Notes under the pieces: generated by a model
Told to the model about the DNA's origin: nothing
What the model saw: only the letters and a program-made list of their open reading frames with translations
The model's database searches: none
In this document: positions 1-13,024 of the stretch, one piece after another
How the letters are laid out: each line of letters opens with the position of its first letter
How positions within the stretch are numbered: position 1 is the first letter of the stretch
Source: Podarcis gaigeae
Lineage: Eukaryota
Strand: one strand, 5' to 3'
Length of the DNA stretch: 64,000 nucleotides
Assembly (NCBI GenBank): GCA_964106915.2
Contig: OZ066921.1
Made by a program: the position numbers and the translations under genes

Positions 1-3000
1 CATGTGGTGTCAAGCAGACATTACTCTGCTCTGCTGCTGCTTCTTTCTGCTTCCTTTTTTTCCTCTCTTGACTGGGTGTTTTTTTTTTTTTTTGTAAGCT
101 TTCCAAGAGGGTCCCACTAGGCTGCAAGAGAACTGAGGCATTTAACCATTGAAAAAGCAGAATGCGTTTCAACGGTGCTTGCCACGACACAGGAAAATAG
201 GAACAGCATTGTAAAGCAAAATATTCAATGAGCCAATGCAACGCGGTGCTTTGTAGCGCATCGAGAGGTGATACCTCAGGGGCACATGCTTGGGATGAAG
301 AAGGTCCCAGGTTCAATCCCAAGCATCTCCAGTTAAATAGGATCATGCAGCAGGTGATGCAAAGGACCTCTGTCTTAGCTCCTAGAAAGAAGCTGGGCTA
401 GACAAATAGCTTAGAGACAAATAGCCTAGACAAATAGTCTAAGTTAGGAATGAGCAAGCAGAAGGCTGCTCACCCCAAAAGAAAACCTGGGTTCCTCAAA
501 CACTCCAGCTGAACACTGAGGCCCTTGCAACAGTACTTCCAACATGGTCCCAAAGGAGGGGAAGGGAAAGGACAGCATGGGGGTAGCCAATATGGTGTGA
601 TCCAGGTGTTGTTGGGGCTCAATCAGTAGGGCCAATGATGGGAGTCAAGAGTCATAATATGGAAGACAGCACATTGGCTGTTTCTGGGGTAGCAGGAAGG
701 GATAGTTCCTTGGGGGGTAGGAGTCCGTGTCATTTGCCACCCGTGGGGGCTGGTGATGTTTAGCTTCCATACCCAGTGGGAAAAATATGCCAGGAGAGTC
801 CTCAGCTTACAGGCTGTTTTCCTTCTTTCATTTCCTTCATTTTTCTATTCTGATTTATTGCTGTACAAATAATGAAAAACCTTAATAAAGTGATTTCAAA
901 AAGGCACACAGGCCTACTCTCTTAAAATTAGTGTTGAGGTTTTTTTGTTTTTGTTAAGTAACACAGACCTTGGAACTCACAAGACGCTGTTCATAAGCTT
1001 CTATCTACAGGACAGTTAAGATACATGAAGAAACTGCTGGTGGAGGTTCTGGGACAGAAACAGCTGCAAAGTTACTATCTCAGGGGCCTACATTTTGATA
1101 TGCCATTGGTGCTCGTCCAACACAGTTTCCTTGTGCAAGAGGTCCGTGTTCCCCTCCATTAACTTCTCAACAGAATTCTATACCTTAAGCATAGCTTAAG
1201 CTTAAATTACCAGACCAAAGTAAAACAAAATAAAAATTTAATACATCAGAACCCTTGCCCAGAAAAGACTCAAGCTAATACACGTCAGTTAAGAAGATAG
1301 TAGTTGGCAAGTTAAAATGATCTTGAAAAAGCATGTGTCTTGAAAAAGCATCAAAGCAAATAAGGATGTTAGACCTTGTAATACTTTTTTTTTTTTGGTA
1401 TGGGGTTCTGATACTGTTAGAATAAACTGCTGGAAGTTTGATTAGTAATAAGAACATAGCAGATTAACCTCCAACGTTTAGCCCTTTCACCTCCATCGAA
1501 TTACTGATCTTTATCTCATTGAGCTGTGCTAGCAATTGGCTTGGGAACATTATACCTTTCTAAGAGCTGTCAGTCTTTGTCAGTATCGCTACACAATGGA
1601 TTGGAACAGCGGGCTCTAAAGGACTGTGTCACCTTTATAAATGCATGGTGCTTTTTAAAAAATAGCATATTGAGTCCTCGCCACCCTCTCCCAAATATAT
1701 TGATCTATCTTTGATTTCATTTACAAATTAACCATTTATCCAAAAACTTACACCTTTTCTTATTAGTAACATTAGTATAATTTCAGGTAAACACGAAGGA
1801 TTTCAAATGGTCATCAAAAATTCTAATGAATACTGTTGGGAATAGGGTTGCTAAATTTTAGAAAATAACGGCTCCCTGAGATTCAGTTAGAAACGCATAT
1901 CTGGGTTTTCTCTTTTCTTTATCTGCATGGGCTGTGTAGGAATGTGGGTGAAAGCTTACATTATCTCAGTACAGATTCCTCCATTCACAAATGCCCTCTG
2001 TCCAGAAACTGTGTCTCCCACACAAACCAATGCAAATTCCTAAAATGTGTTCTGCTTTTAATGGCTGATTGCCCCCTTGCCCTATTTTCAGCAGAAGGTG
2101 CAAAGCTTGAAGCTCATTTGCCTTTCAGGGTAAAGTTAAGCAGACTACAGTATGCAAAACACCACATGGAATGAGGAAAGACTGTCTACAAGAGACCATA
2201 GCATTTCTTATATTCGGAGGCATCCCTGTCCATGATCTTTGCTTCTCTGTTCCACCAGTCTCCACCATCTGCTCTGGTTCCACCAGTCTCCACCATCTGC
2301 TCTCTCAAAGACTCCACCCTTCCACACTTGCTGCCCCATTTGCTTGAAACTGGTTCCCTGAACAGCAGCATGATGCCGCCTCTCTTATGCACTTCAAATC
2401 CACCCTCAAACCCTATCTTTCCAGTGAAGGCCTTGACAGGGCCCCCTAGTTCTGCTGCAGAGTTGGAGAAGTGTGGCCCTCCAGATGTTGCTCGACTCCA
2501 ACACCTATCAGTTCCAGCCAGTATGGCCAAGGACCTTTCACATGTAATGTGAGCATAGGGGAAGGTGGAGGTGAAATTGCTCTTCCTTGGCCACAATGCC
2601 TTTGTTGTGAGACAGATAAGTCCAGAGGTGGATTTAGGGCAGTGTGAGAAGTTTGGGGGCACTGGGGGCACAGCTGAGGAGGGCATCTTCTGAAAGCCTG
2701 GTAAGTGCTTACCCAGCTTTGGGAAGGAGGCATGAGGGCTCTGACAGGGTCCTAGAGTCTTCTTCCCTTCTTCCCAAAGTTTTGCATGTGCTTACTGGGC
2801 TTTGGAATAGAACCATAAGGGCTCTAGGATCTTGCCAGAGCCTTGCATCTCTTTCCCAAAGACTAGCACCTTGTCTATCTGGCTTAAGCTGGTGCTGCGA
2901 GGACTGGGGGAAGGGTTTCAAATGCTGGCCTTGCACAGGGCAGCATATTCCCAAGGTCCGCCCCTACTGTGGCTCTTCGATGATTGTTGGATTCCAGTGC

Positions 3001-4513
3001 TCATCAGTTCCTGCCAGCATGGTCAAAGGCCAGGAATGGTGGAAGCTGGTAGTGTCTACAGATTCCCCAACCCTGTCCTACTACAACCCAGCCTGGAACC
3101 AAGTGTAAGAGACAGCAAGTGGAACAAGTGCATATTGCTTTCCTGTTTATCCCTCCCTCCTCTTTCCCCTCTGCTGTCTTGTTCCCCACATGGAAAATTC
3201 CAGACTGCAAGCTCCTTGGTGGAGGAGGTCTGTTCACTTGAGCTCTGAAAACCCCATGCACATTGGTGGCACCACATGCATAATAAGTTGCCAAGGCTCT
3301 CGTGGATTGTTTGGAGGTGGGGAAGGGTGTGCCTGTTTCACTAACTGCAAGCTTAGCCATGTCTGCTCATAAGTAGGTCCTATTGAATTCAACAGGACTT
3401 ACTGCAAAGTAAGAGAAGTTAGGACTGCACAGCCTTTGTCTATTTTGTCCCTCTTGTTATCATAGAGAAAGGCACAGAATAAAAGAAGCACATGCCTGAT
3501 AAATGAAACAGCAAGGAAGGCAATCAGGGGCTAGGACTAAGCAGCCGGGATTGTCATGTTTTGTATTGCAGCCCAGAGCACTAACCTGGCCATCAAGGCA
3601 CACAGGTGGAAGTATGAATCAAAGTCCCATTGAAGACTCAATTTTCCCAATGTGTCACAATTGCAGAGCCACCTGTGAGCGGTAAGTTTCTGGTAACCTA
3701 CTGTGAAAATTAAGGAGACAAGAGCCCTCAGAATGACTCTTTCCTTTATCTTTGGTGTGAAGGTCTAGCAGATTAAAAGTTGGGTCTAAACTATAAGGAA
3801 ACAAAAGTCTCACCCCCCACCCCCATATTTAAAAATGGGATAGGTTGCTGTTGTGCACAAATGGTCTCCTGAAATTCTCTGCCTTGTCTGTGGGCTGGGA
3901 AAAAGGGAAGAGAATTCACTGGATTTCTCCAGGGGAAGGAGGAGAGATGGCAAAAGCACACTTCACTTAAAAAAGAAACTTTAGCCAGGCACCCAGTGGG
4001 CAGCACGCTTGCCTTCTGCACATACAGAGAAGCCCAGCCAAGGTGCTCAATGGGTTTTCAAGACAGCACCAAGACAGACAGCAGAGTGCAGAAAATGAGA
4101 GTGATCATTTGCAGAATGAATTATGGGTGGAGCCTGCTCACATGTAAAGCTGATGGGCCTTACAAACTCAAACACCAGTTAACAGCAGAAAAACAACAAC
4201 AGAAGAATGTGCCATCTTAACTGATAGTTTGGTTTCTAAAGGGTTTCATTATCATGCATGTATGTAACAATGCAAAAATTTCCCATGCCTTTTGAAGTAA
4301 ATTAAATGCAATCTAGAAATATGCAGGAAAAAACAGAACATATTTGTTAATTTTGTAAAAAAATGGAATATACAAAGAAAGCACCTATTACCATTGCCAT
4401 TTGTCAAGTATCACAATGGAAGGTGAAGCAACAGAATATGTTGAAATGAATTCTGTTCTGCTATTGAATGTTTCTGACCTTCCTAATGTCACCCCCCCCA
4501 AAAAAAAGAAAAC

Positions 4514-4650
4514 CAGGGATGGGGAGCCTGTGTCCCTCCAAATGTTGTTGGACTCCAACTCATAGCTGCAGACAGCATGGCTAATGCTCAGGGGTGATGG
4601 GAGTTGTAAGCCAGCAACATCTGGAGGGCCACCGTTTTCCTATTTCTGGT
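4514..4650. mobile_element. Older hAT-type palindromic MITE; degenerate relatives near 570-690, 2460-2530, 4735-4835, 8150-8250, 12425-12545, 13795-13870, 19465-19530, 60415-60530
   Basis: cagggatggggagcctgtgtccctccaaatgttgttggactccaactc...gggagttgtaagccagcaacatctggagggccac inverted architecture. Confidence 0.75.
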
Positions 4651-5532
4651 TTAAATAAAATGGATTTTAAAAGCATACTGGCACCATGACAGAATTCTTG
4701 ATGGTTCAGATGTCATGATGCCACCTAGCAAAACCAGCTTCAAACTGGTGCTCCCCAGATGTTTTATACTAAAACTCCCACCATCCTAACCAGTAGCCCA
4801 AAACATCTGGAGGACCCCAGGTTGGGAAAGGCTGAGCTAAACCTTTCCTATATCTCCTCGCTTTACATGCTGACTTAAGCACTTTAGGCCTTGACTGATT
4901 AAACCAGAGTCCCAAAATGGGGAACTCCAGTTTTGTGTCAGCTAACTATCCAGGATGTTAAAGCAGGAACAAACCAAACATTAAGATCCTGATTAGCAAA
5001 CTGACATTAAACCAGAGTTCCTCGTTTTAGATGTAAAAAAGGCACTCTGGTTTATCACAGAGCTGGGTTGAAAACTTTGAAAATTCAGATGCGTGGAGGC
5101 AAAACAAGCCTTCCTGAAAAGTAAAATGCAAGGAAAGAAATTTCTCCAAAATTTGCAGGAGCAGTTTGCTGTTTCCCTTACCATGAAGTGCTCAAAGGGG
5201 TTTCCATTTCCCCCCTTGCTTTTAAAACTTAAAAAGAAAAGCCCTACACCGCTCACAAAAGTGTGTGCCTCCTTCCGCAGCTTTCTGCAAGCTGCAATTC
5301 TTGGAATGCAAGTGATGATGCATCATGTTGCTCCCAAGGCATTCTGGGAAGTGTGTGCAAGGCTCTTTCCTCTGCTTCCTGTCAGTTGCACCTTCTTCAT
5401 GCACCGCCTCTCTTAACAAAGGGCCCAAGACATTCCAGGAAGTGTGACAAGCAGAGAGCTGTGGAGAGAGCCTTGCACTACGGTCAGTGCCTACCCAGCT
5501 TTCTGCTCCGATTTCACTTTCCTTTTCCAGAC

Positions 5533-5915
5533 ATCAAGTTACAAGAAAGGAGATTCCGACTATACATCAGGAAGAACTTTCTGACAGTAAGAGCTGTTTG
5601 ACAGTGGATCAGATTCCCTCGGGAAGTAGTGGACTGTCCTTTCTTGGAGGTTTTTTTAGCAGAGGTTGAATGGCCTTCTGTCAGATGTGATCTAGCTGAG
5701 ATTCTTACATTGCAAGGGGTTGAACTAGATCAGTGTTTCCCAACCTTGGGTCTCCAGCTGTTTTTGGACTACAGTTCCCATCATCCCTCACCACTGGTCT
5801 TGCCAGCTAGGGATGATGGGAGTTGTAGTCCAAAAACAGCTGGAGACCCAAGGTTGGGAAACACTGAACTAGATGACACTTGGGGTCCCTTCAGACTCTA
5901 CAATTCTCTGATTCT
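5533..5915 (+). mobile_element. CR1 LINE 3' end, interrupted by a hAT MITE
   Basis: Translates to KLQERRFRLYIRKNFLTVRAV (CR1 ORF2 C-terminus); ends in the CR1 tail ...gtcccttcagactctacaattctctgattctg. Confidence 0.9.
5731..5866. mobile_element. hAT-type palindromic MITE (136 bp)
   Basis: Long TIRs cagtgtttcccaaccttgggtctccagctgtttttggactac / gtagtccaaaaacagctggagacccaaggttgggaaacactg; perfect 8-bp TSD aactagat at 5723-5730 and 5867-5874. Confidence 0.95.
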
Positions 5916-6285
5916 GTGGGGGAAAAGTTGATTGTTATAGCATATGACTATCCATCTAGCTGATAACTAAAACAACCATTTCTTAATAGGAAGTGAAATT
6001 CCGCAGAACTTGAGAATTTGGCAAGACCACCTCTCCTTCGAAAGGATGTTGCCTCACCCTCATCCAAGGCATCTTATCTCATTGTATGCAGGAGGTTCCT
6101 GGTTCTACCCCCCAGCATCTCCAGATAGGTCTGGGAATGTCTCCTGTCTGAAATCTTGGGAAACTGCTACCAGTCAGTGCAGACAGTACTGAGCTACACA
6201 GACCAATGGCCATGCTTAGTATAAGCAGCTCCCTATGTCCCTATTTAAGCTGGTTCTTTATTGAGAGCAATGAAGGCTGGAATAA

Positions 6286-6470
6286 AGGGATGTAGCTTAG
6301 TAGGAGAGCATCTGCTTGGCATGCAGAGGGCCCCAGGTTCAATTACTAGCATCTCCAAGTGGGAATGGGAATGTCCCCATCTGAAATCCTGGAAAGCTGC
6401 TACCAGTCAGCATAGAAAGTACTCAGCTAGATGGATCAATGATCTGCCTCAATACACGGCAGCTGTCCTC
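6286..6470 (+). mobile_element. tRNA-Ala-like SINE with LINE-type tail; a second partial copy lies at ~6068-6243
   Basis: Head gggatgtagcttagtaggagagcatctgcttggcatgcagagggccccaggttcaat resembles tRNA-Ala with A/B boxes; body and tail are shared with many copies in the window. Confidence 0.75.
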
Positions 6471-6731
6471 GCTAATGTCACCCATGGCTCTGAAATGACT
6501 CTGATGCAAGACTCACAGTGGAGTATTTTTTAGTCTCACTTGCTTATCAAACTCAGCCCTATCAAACTCAGAAGGGGTCCAAGTAAAGTGTTATGCAGTG
6601 TTGAATCACACATAGAACTGAACCATAAGTGCTGACGTCTGTAGGTCCACTCTTGTTGAGCAGGGATAATTTATGTTATAAAAACTCACAATAAAACTAC
6701 GAAGCTTTTTAGAAAGTGTAAAATAAATGTA

Positions 6732-7204
6732 CAGTGGTACCTTGGTTCACAAACAGCTTGGAACCCAAATAGTACAAACCCAGAAGTAAGTGTTCCGGTT
6801 TGCGAACTTTTTTTGGAAGCCGAACGGGCTGCGTTTTGAGTGTTACGCTTCCAATTGGAGTGCCACACTTCTGAGTGTTACGCTGAGGTCTGTCTGTTTT
6901 TGCTCTTTATTTTGCATTTTTGTGGCTCTTTATGTTTTGTTTTTGTGACTGTGTGGAACCCAGTTCAGCTACTGATTGTGTGATTGCAGTACATTGATTA
7001 TTGCTTTCATTTTATGGCTCAGTGGTCTCGTTAGATAGTAAAATTCATGTTAAATTGTTGTTTTAGGGGTTGTTTTTAAAAGTCTGGAATGGATTAATTC
7101 ATTTTGCATTACTTTCTATGGGAAAGTGTGCCTTGGTTTTGCAACACTTTGGTTTTAGAACAGACTTCCAGAATGGATTAAGTTTGAGAACCAAGGTACC
7201 ACTG
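6732..7204. mobile_element. Tc1/mariner (Tigger/pogo-like) MITE
   Basis: TIRs cagtggtaccttggttc / gaaccaaggtaccactg, TA target duplication at 6730-6731 and 7205-7206; internal CpGs retained. Confidence 0.9.
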
Positions 7205-8354
7205 TAAATGGAGGAGGTGAAGCTATGCAGACAGGCACAGTCTGGATCCTTACTTGCTGGGGTTTTCAAGAGCAAGGAGTTTATAGCGTTCAACCCAATG
7301 ATATCTCTTGAGTGTATCCTGCAGATGGGAACAAGTTTTCCACTTCTTTCTGTCCCTTTGGTGTTCCTCACAACAACACTGAGAAATAGGTTACGCTGGG
7401 AGTGGTAACCCAGTAAACATCATGACTGAGTGGAGATTTTAACCTGGATCTCCCTGATCCTTACCCAACGTTTCACCACTCTGGCTCTGAAAGATTTTTT
7501 TTTAATTGGTTAGAGAGCACTGCGATTAATTATAATAAAGGTCACATCTCCCTTGAGAGCCAAAGCCTCAACCAGGCACCTACACCACAAGCAGCTTCTA
7601 ATCTATGTCCCAAACAAGAGGACAAACTTGCAGCTGTAAGCAGTAGCAGGAGACAAAGGAAATAATGACTCATAATGGTTGCGACTTTCATTACAGCCAG
7701 ACATGGGGGGGGGACGGGGACAAGTGACAATTAGGGTGAGATTTGTCCTCTTTCTCTCTTTTTGTCTCTGCACTCCCAGAATAGTATGAATTAGAACACT
7801 GTACAAGCAAAAAAGGCAAAGTAGTGACCCGTTGGAGATAAAAAAGGAGAGATTTCACTTGAATAATGGCTTCAAGAATACAGAAGTTCCCTGGGTTCAG
7901 TCCCTAAGTAGGGCTAGGAGGATAACTAGTGCCCGAAACCCTGGAGATCCATTGCCGGTTAAGTGTTGACGGCACTGAGCTAGATGGGACCAATGGGTTG
8001 GATTCAGTGTAAGGCGGATTCCTGTGTTTAAAATCACAGGACTGGAAGAGGACAAGGGAGTCATGCGGATCAACACTCTACCCTACTCCAAAAGTGGAGT
8101 TTCTCTTGCTCAGCTTCCATGACATTGGTCATTGATGGGAAACTCCCATTACTCTCTAGTTGTTTGACTCCCAGTTCTCATCAGTGCTGGTCAGGGATGA
8201 TGGGAGTTGTGGTCCTTCAGCAGCTGGAGAGCCGCAGAGCCTCCATGCCTGTGGTTAGAGCTGAGAAGGACCCCTGCAGACAGAACAACCCATGTGTGGG
8301 GGTCCTCTCTGTGTGATCAGTGCCAATCACACACAGGGTGGTCAATTACACATT

Positions 8355-8397
8355 GCCAAAAAAAAAAAAAAAAGAGGATCTGCATAATCAATTTATT
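8355..8397 (-). terminator. Polyadenylation signal with U-rich downstream element
   Basis: Plus-strand tttatt at 8392-8397 (minus AATAAA), followed ~20 nt later on the minus strand by a T16 tract and tgtgt. Confidence 0.55.
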
Positions 8398-8793
8398 ATT
8401 ATTATTTTTTGGTAAAATTTACATGTGGCAATTTATATGTATAGACCCAAATTTTCCTGTTAAAAATACACCTCTGATGTAAAAGAATTACAATATATCT
8501 CATCATAACAGGGAAGACACCAGGTGATTTGTTGCTGCTGACAAGGTGCTGCTAACCATTGATGGGCAAGTTAGCAGACACCTATGGTTCATATCTTTAA
8601 ACTGGACTTGGAATGAGCAGCGCTCAAATAGAGGGCACTTTGAAATAGAGGGATTTTCTGTGACATCCTTTCCAAATAGACGAAGTATGGTCACCCTAAT
8701 CATGCAGCAAGAGCCTTACCAGTTCTATAAGCAGGGAGTCTTCTCAGATCTAAAAATGAAAATGTGGAAGTTGGACACATGCAATCCTACACC

Positions 8794-8834
<41 letters not shown>

Positions 8835-10509
8835 ATCTCCCCCTAATGATCAGCATAACAATACATGCATTCAGACAATGTTTGAAAGGAGCAAGTGTCT
8901 TAAATCCTAATCCTGACAAACCTGTCAGATCACAGCCAAAACTGTAATGCATTCAGCCTTGTAAATAAATCCACAAAAGTTACTAGCCCACCCTCTCTCC
9001 ACTAAAAGAAAAATACTAGCCAGCTGGGAGCTAGAGGGCAGGGTGCCATCTTCCTTTTTGCATTTCCATGTGAGGCACAGAGGAGGAACAGTGAACTCTG
9101 TTCCTGCTGTACCAAACCAGGTGAAATTCAAGAATTCGCCTGCATGCAGCTTCTTCCTGCCTGTGCTAAGTTTGCACTTTGAAACAAGGCAGAAATAGCA
9201 GGCAGAAATAAGCAACAAAGAATGTGCTCATGAGATACATCCATTAATGAGGAACTTGGCCTGCCACAGGCATTAAACACAATAATCCTAGAGAAATTTT
9301 TGAAATTTACACCCCTTGTCAGCAGTCCTTAAAACATTTGGTAAGTGGATTACAGATATCCATAACTTATCTACTTTTTTCTTCCCATCTAACAAATGTG
9401 ATAAATGTAGAGATATACTTTCAATTTCCCCAAGGCTGCATGCACGCAGAGTGCTGTGATGGCACCGATATCATTCAAAAAATGCTTCAAATAATTAAAA
9501 CATTAATTCAATTAATCTCATAAGTGGCTTAAAATGCATTGCTCTGAGTGCTATTAACAGCCAGTTCATTGGTTTATCGGGACAGGATGGAAGATTAATC
9601 AAAAGCTGTACAGCTATATTTCTGATTAGAGAAAACAATACCGAACCAACTGCCCACTTAATTCTCTCTAGTGCTTTATTAGATGTGCCGATATTTGGTC
9701 CTGATGTGCTATATTCCCTTAATGAACACAATAAAGGAAAAAATAGTCAGTAAAGGGTTCAGCTCAGAGTCTCTATAAAAATCAGAGTGTTCACAAGGTG
9801 TTATACAGAGATTAATTTATAGATTCCTATTAATATACTGCAAGCTCTCTTTTGTATGACTATAAAATCTTATTTCTTGGCTGAGAAAGATAACATTCGC
9901 TATATAAAAGTCCCTAGTCATGACACACATTACTTTACATTTATGCAAAGCAAATGGCTCCTTCAAGAAAGTATTATGCTGAAAGGCTGGGAGAGGAAGG
10001 GGAAGTTTTGCAGGTAAATGGAGGAGCTCCTACCCCCCTCTAAAATTAATTAAAAAGGGTTAAATAGCTATCCTTTTAATGAATAATCCTATCACCTCTC
10101 TGGAGCTAGCAGTAGGATAGATAAACCCTTGGGATTATCTTTTACCTACAGATGCTCTTTGCTAAATTCAGGGAACAGACTATAAGCTCTAAGCAGAGCA
10201 AAGGGCTCACTCCATACTTAAATCTATACGTACTTATTTTATTTTATTTAAAAATGGCAGTCTTGTATTGAGAAAATGAGTATTTCTCCTGATCACAAAC
10301 AGATTCATTCATTGTAGGCAGGCAAACAAATAACTCTTTTTTTTTAAATAATAGATGTTAAAAAGTAACTTGGAACAATAGAAACATACCTACGGAATAG
10401 CTACTCAACGTGTAATGTCTATCACTAACCATTATATATGTCTGCTCCAAGACCTGAGCTACAAAAGGCCAAATTTTCTTAAAAGCATGTTGAAATATTA
10501 ATAGATATC
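8375..10509 (-). other. 3'UTR of the minus-strand gene
   Basis: Largely transposon-free block between the stop at 10510-10512 and a minus-strand AATAAA at 8392-8397 with a downstream U-tract; transposon fragments resume below ~8250. Confidence 0.55.
8797..8833. repeat. (CA)n microsatellite inside the putative 3'UTR
   Basis: Direct reading; (UG)n on the transcribed strand. Confidence 0.95.
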
Positions 10510-10540
10510 TCAAACTGTTGTCCGTCGAGGCCTGCCAGTC
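10510..10540 (-). CDS. Coding part of the terminal exon of an unidentified large gene: (R)TGRPRRTTV*
   Basis: Minus strand reads tctgatgtaatctttcacag|G ACT GGC AGG CCT CGA CGG ACA ACA GTT TGA. Canonical acceptor, retained CpGs, then ~2.1 kb of largely repeat-free AU-rich sequence ending at an AATAAA. Phase-2 entry matches the two upstream 40-nt exons. Confidence 0.7.
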
Positions 10541-11731
10541 CTGTGAAAGATTACATCAGAGTGGAAACAGCAGGGAAAGAACCAGGCAAAACAAAAACAC
10601 ATAAGCAGGGATAGTATGTTGCAGGTGCAAAAGAGATATTTCACACACTGACTTGGTGGGGCCTGTGGCCGGCTGCAAAAGTGATGGCTGCAGAACAACT
10701 GGCAGACGTATGAAGGCGGCAGTTAAGTGGCAGTAAGTCCCACTGAGTATCATGGGCCTTACATCTGAGTAAACATACACGGCATAAGTGGGGAACACTT
10801 TCCAGCCTGAGGGCTGCATTCACTTCTGGATAACCATCAGGGGTGGGCAGAGCAGTACAAGGAGTTTACATTTTACTTTAGTACAGTAGGCTAGCTTCTG
10901 CACCTGCCACCTCTGTCCTCCATGCACGCAAGCAAGAGACATTATCAGAGGACACATTCCAGCCTGGCAAAATACTCAGGGCTGAGTGGTTTGGCTGGGA
11001 AAGTTCTGAGGGAAAAATAGAGAGAGATCTGCAGGGCCACATTTGGCCCCTGGACCTAAGATTCTCCATGGACTTGTGCTGCTAACCTGTTGCGTACCTG
11101 TACCTGAATCTGCTCAGGCGGCATGGGATGTTATGATTGTGAACAAGTTGACATCAAATAGATACCAAAAAGTTTCTCATCAACAAAGTCCTTTCCAGAA
11201 AGGGAACAGAAGGATTTTTCCAGGTTTCTTCAGAGATGACCTACCTAACAGAATTCTCTTCACCAGCAGCAAACTCTCAATTTAAACAACCTTAAGATTC
11301 TTTGTATTAATTTCTGCAAATGCCAACACGAAATAACCCTTGGAAAATGACAACATACATGATGTCTTTAATTTACAAGGAACAACCACCAGCGTACTTC
11401 CCCAAAGGAAATTATCTGATAAAATACAATCAGGGAAGGGAGGAAGGTGACCAACGGTGAACAAACAATCATGAAAACAGGCCCTTGAGTCTGTCTCTTT
11501 TTAGAGCAAAGGAAGGGAAGATTCTGCTAATTAGTTTAAAAACAATTATATCTTGCTGAGGAGGTTATGCCAGAGCAATCTAATGAACAAAACTCAAATT
11601 TGTACAGAAAAATATATTTACCAAATAATAGGAGTCCTAATTAAACAATAACGTACCCAGTGTTTCAGTTAATGGCAACCTTCCTCATCAGCAAAAGACT
11701 GTACTTTTCTTGTCAAGGCAAGACATTTGGA

Positions 11732-11830
11732 AGGGCTGTAGCTCAGGGGTAAGAAAATCTGCTTTGCACGCAGAAGGCCCCATGTTCAATCCCTGGCATC
11801 GCCAGGTAGAACTGGGAATGTCCCCCGTCT
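11732..11830 (+). mobile_element. tRNA-Ala-like SINE head, 3'-truncated
   Basis: gggctgtagctcaggggtaagaaaatctgctttgcacgcagaaggccccatgttcaatccctggcatcgccagg continues into the SINE body ctgggaatgtcccc. Confidence 0.75.
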
Positions 11831-12553
11831 AAAATTATTTCTTATCTTTGTGTACTCTGTGCATCCTGCCCTTCAAATTATTTTTTCCCAGGTGGCTGCA
11901 CAGGATGAAAAAAAAGCAACACACCAAGTAAAAGGATAACATTAAAAATTGCATTCTTAAAAACTATATATAAAAGCAACATAAAACCAATTTGTTATGG
12001 AGTAAAACTGTTAGTAACCATAGTTACTATGACAAATCTTTTTGTGTTTTTATATTGTAAACTGCTCTGAGATCTTCAGATAGTACAGAAATTTAATAAA
12101 TAATAATAATTAAAAGGCTTGGGAAAATAAAACGGATTTTGCCTGGTCATGTGAATTACAGCTAGGACCCACTCCCTTCATTCCCATAGCTTCGGGAACA
12201 AGTAGATAGCCAGGCAAACAGGAGGGGAACCCACAGAACACTTTGCATGGCTTCACTCTAAGCTCTACCTGACCCTGCCCTGTGATGGGAGTCCAGCATT
12301 ATTGGCTTGATAGACAGAAGAGAATTTACACCGAGAATTCTCGTGTTTTAATTGAACACCCCAGTCGTTACACCAAACTGGCTACAATAAGAGGCTACAA
12401 TCTCATGAGCTCCGGCTATCTGATGATGGAAACCTTTGACTCTCCAGATGTTGCTAAGCTATAATCCTTGGTCATTGGTCATGCTGGTTAGGGGTGGGAG
12501 CTGTCATTCAGCAATATTCAGGCGGCCAGAAATTCCCCACTCTTGGCCTATCC

Positions 12554-13024
12554 TGTTATGAGGGCAGTGATAGTGGTGTCAGACCCCTCTAATCCCTGGA
12601 TCCAGGAAGTATTAAAAGCTAATCAAGCCTTCTAATTCCAGGAAATAGCCAAACTAGCTTCCTGGTGAGGTGACTGGAGATTAAATGGCTTTGTGTAAAA
12701 TGGCAAATGGTTGGGCCCCTCTCTCAACTCACTGATAGTGAGAAGGACAGTGATGTGAGCTAGAAGCAAAGCAACAAGCAAAGAGAGTGTGCTATGCTGG
12801 ATCTCTGCTTGAATTCAAGGCTGTGGCTATGGGAGAAACAAGACCTTCTTGGGGTGTTGATGCTGTGAACTCCATCATAGGTTCAGGTTGTATATATGTG
12901 TAAATAAACCATTTATCATATAGACACCACAGTCACTGCTGTGCCTCCTTTCCAAAACAAAACACAAACCTTGGGTAAGCACCTGGAATCTCGCACTGCT
13001 CAGAGATTGTGATGACGCACAACA
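12554..13024 (+). mobile_element. Probable solo LTR
   Basis: TGTT...AACA inverted termini, ~470 bp, internal AATAAA at ~12903; no clear TSD. Confidence 0.5.

Noticed and set aside
2186-3372. Cluster of overlapping 80-166 aa ORFs on both strands
   Set aside because: No recognisable domain. The region is locally GC-richer and contains MITE fragments (2460-2530, 2970-3075) and a 28-bp tandem duplication (~2250-2303), which explain the open frames.
11100-11420. Possible small exons just upstream of the terminal exon
   Set aside because: Splice sites are weak or frames close without pattern; not distinguishable from intron.
11732-11805. tRNA-Ala-like sequence as a functional tRNA gene
   Set aside because: Stems are disrupted and it runs into the SINE body shared by many copies.
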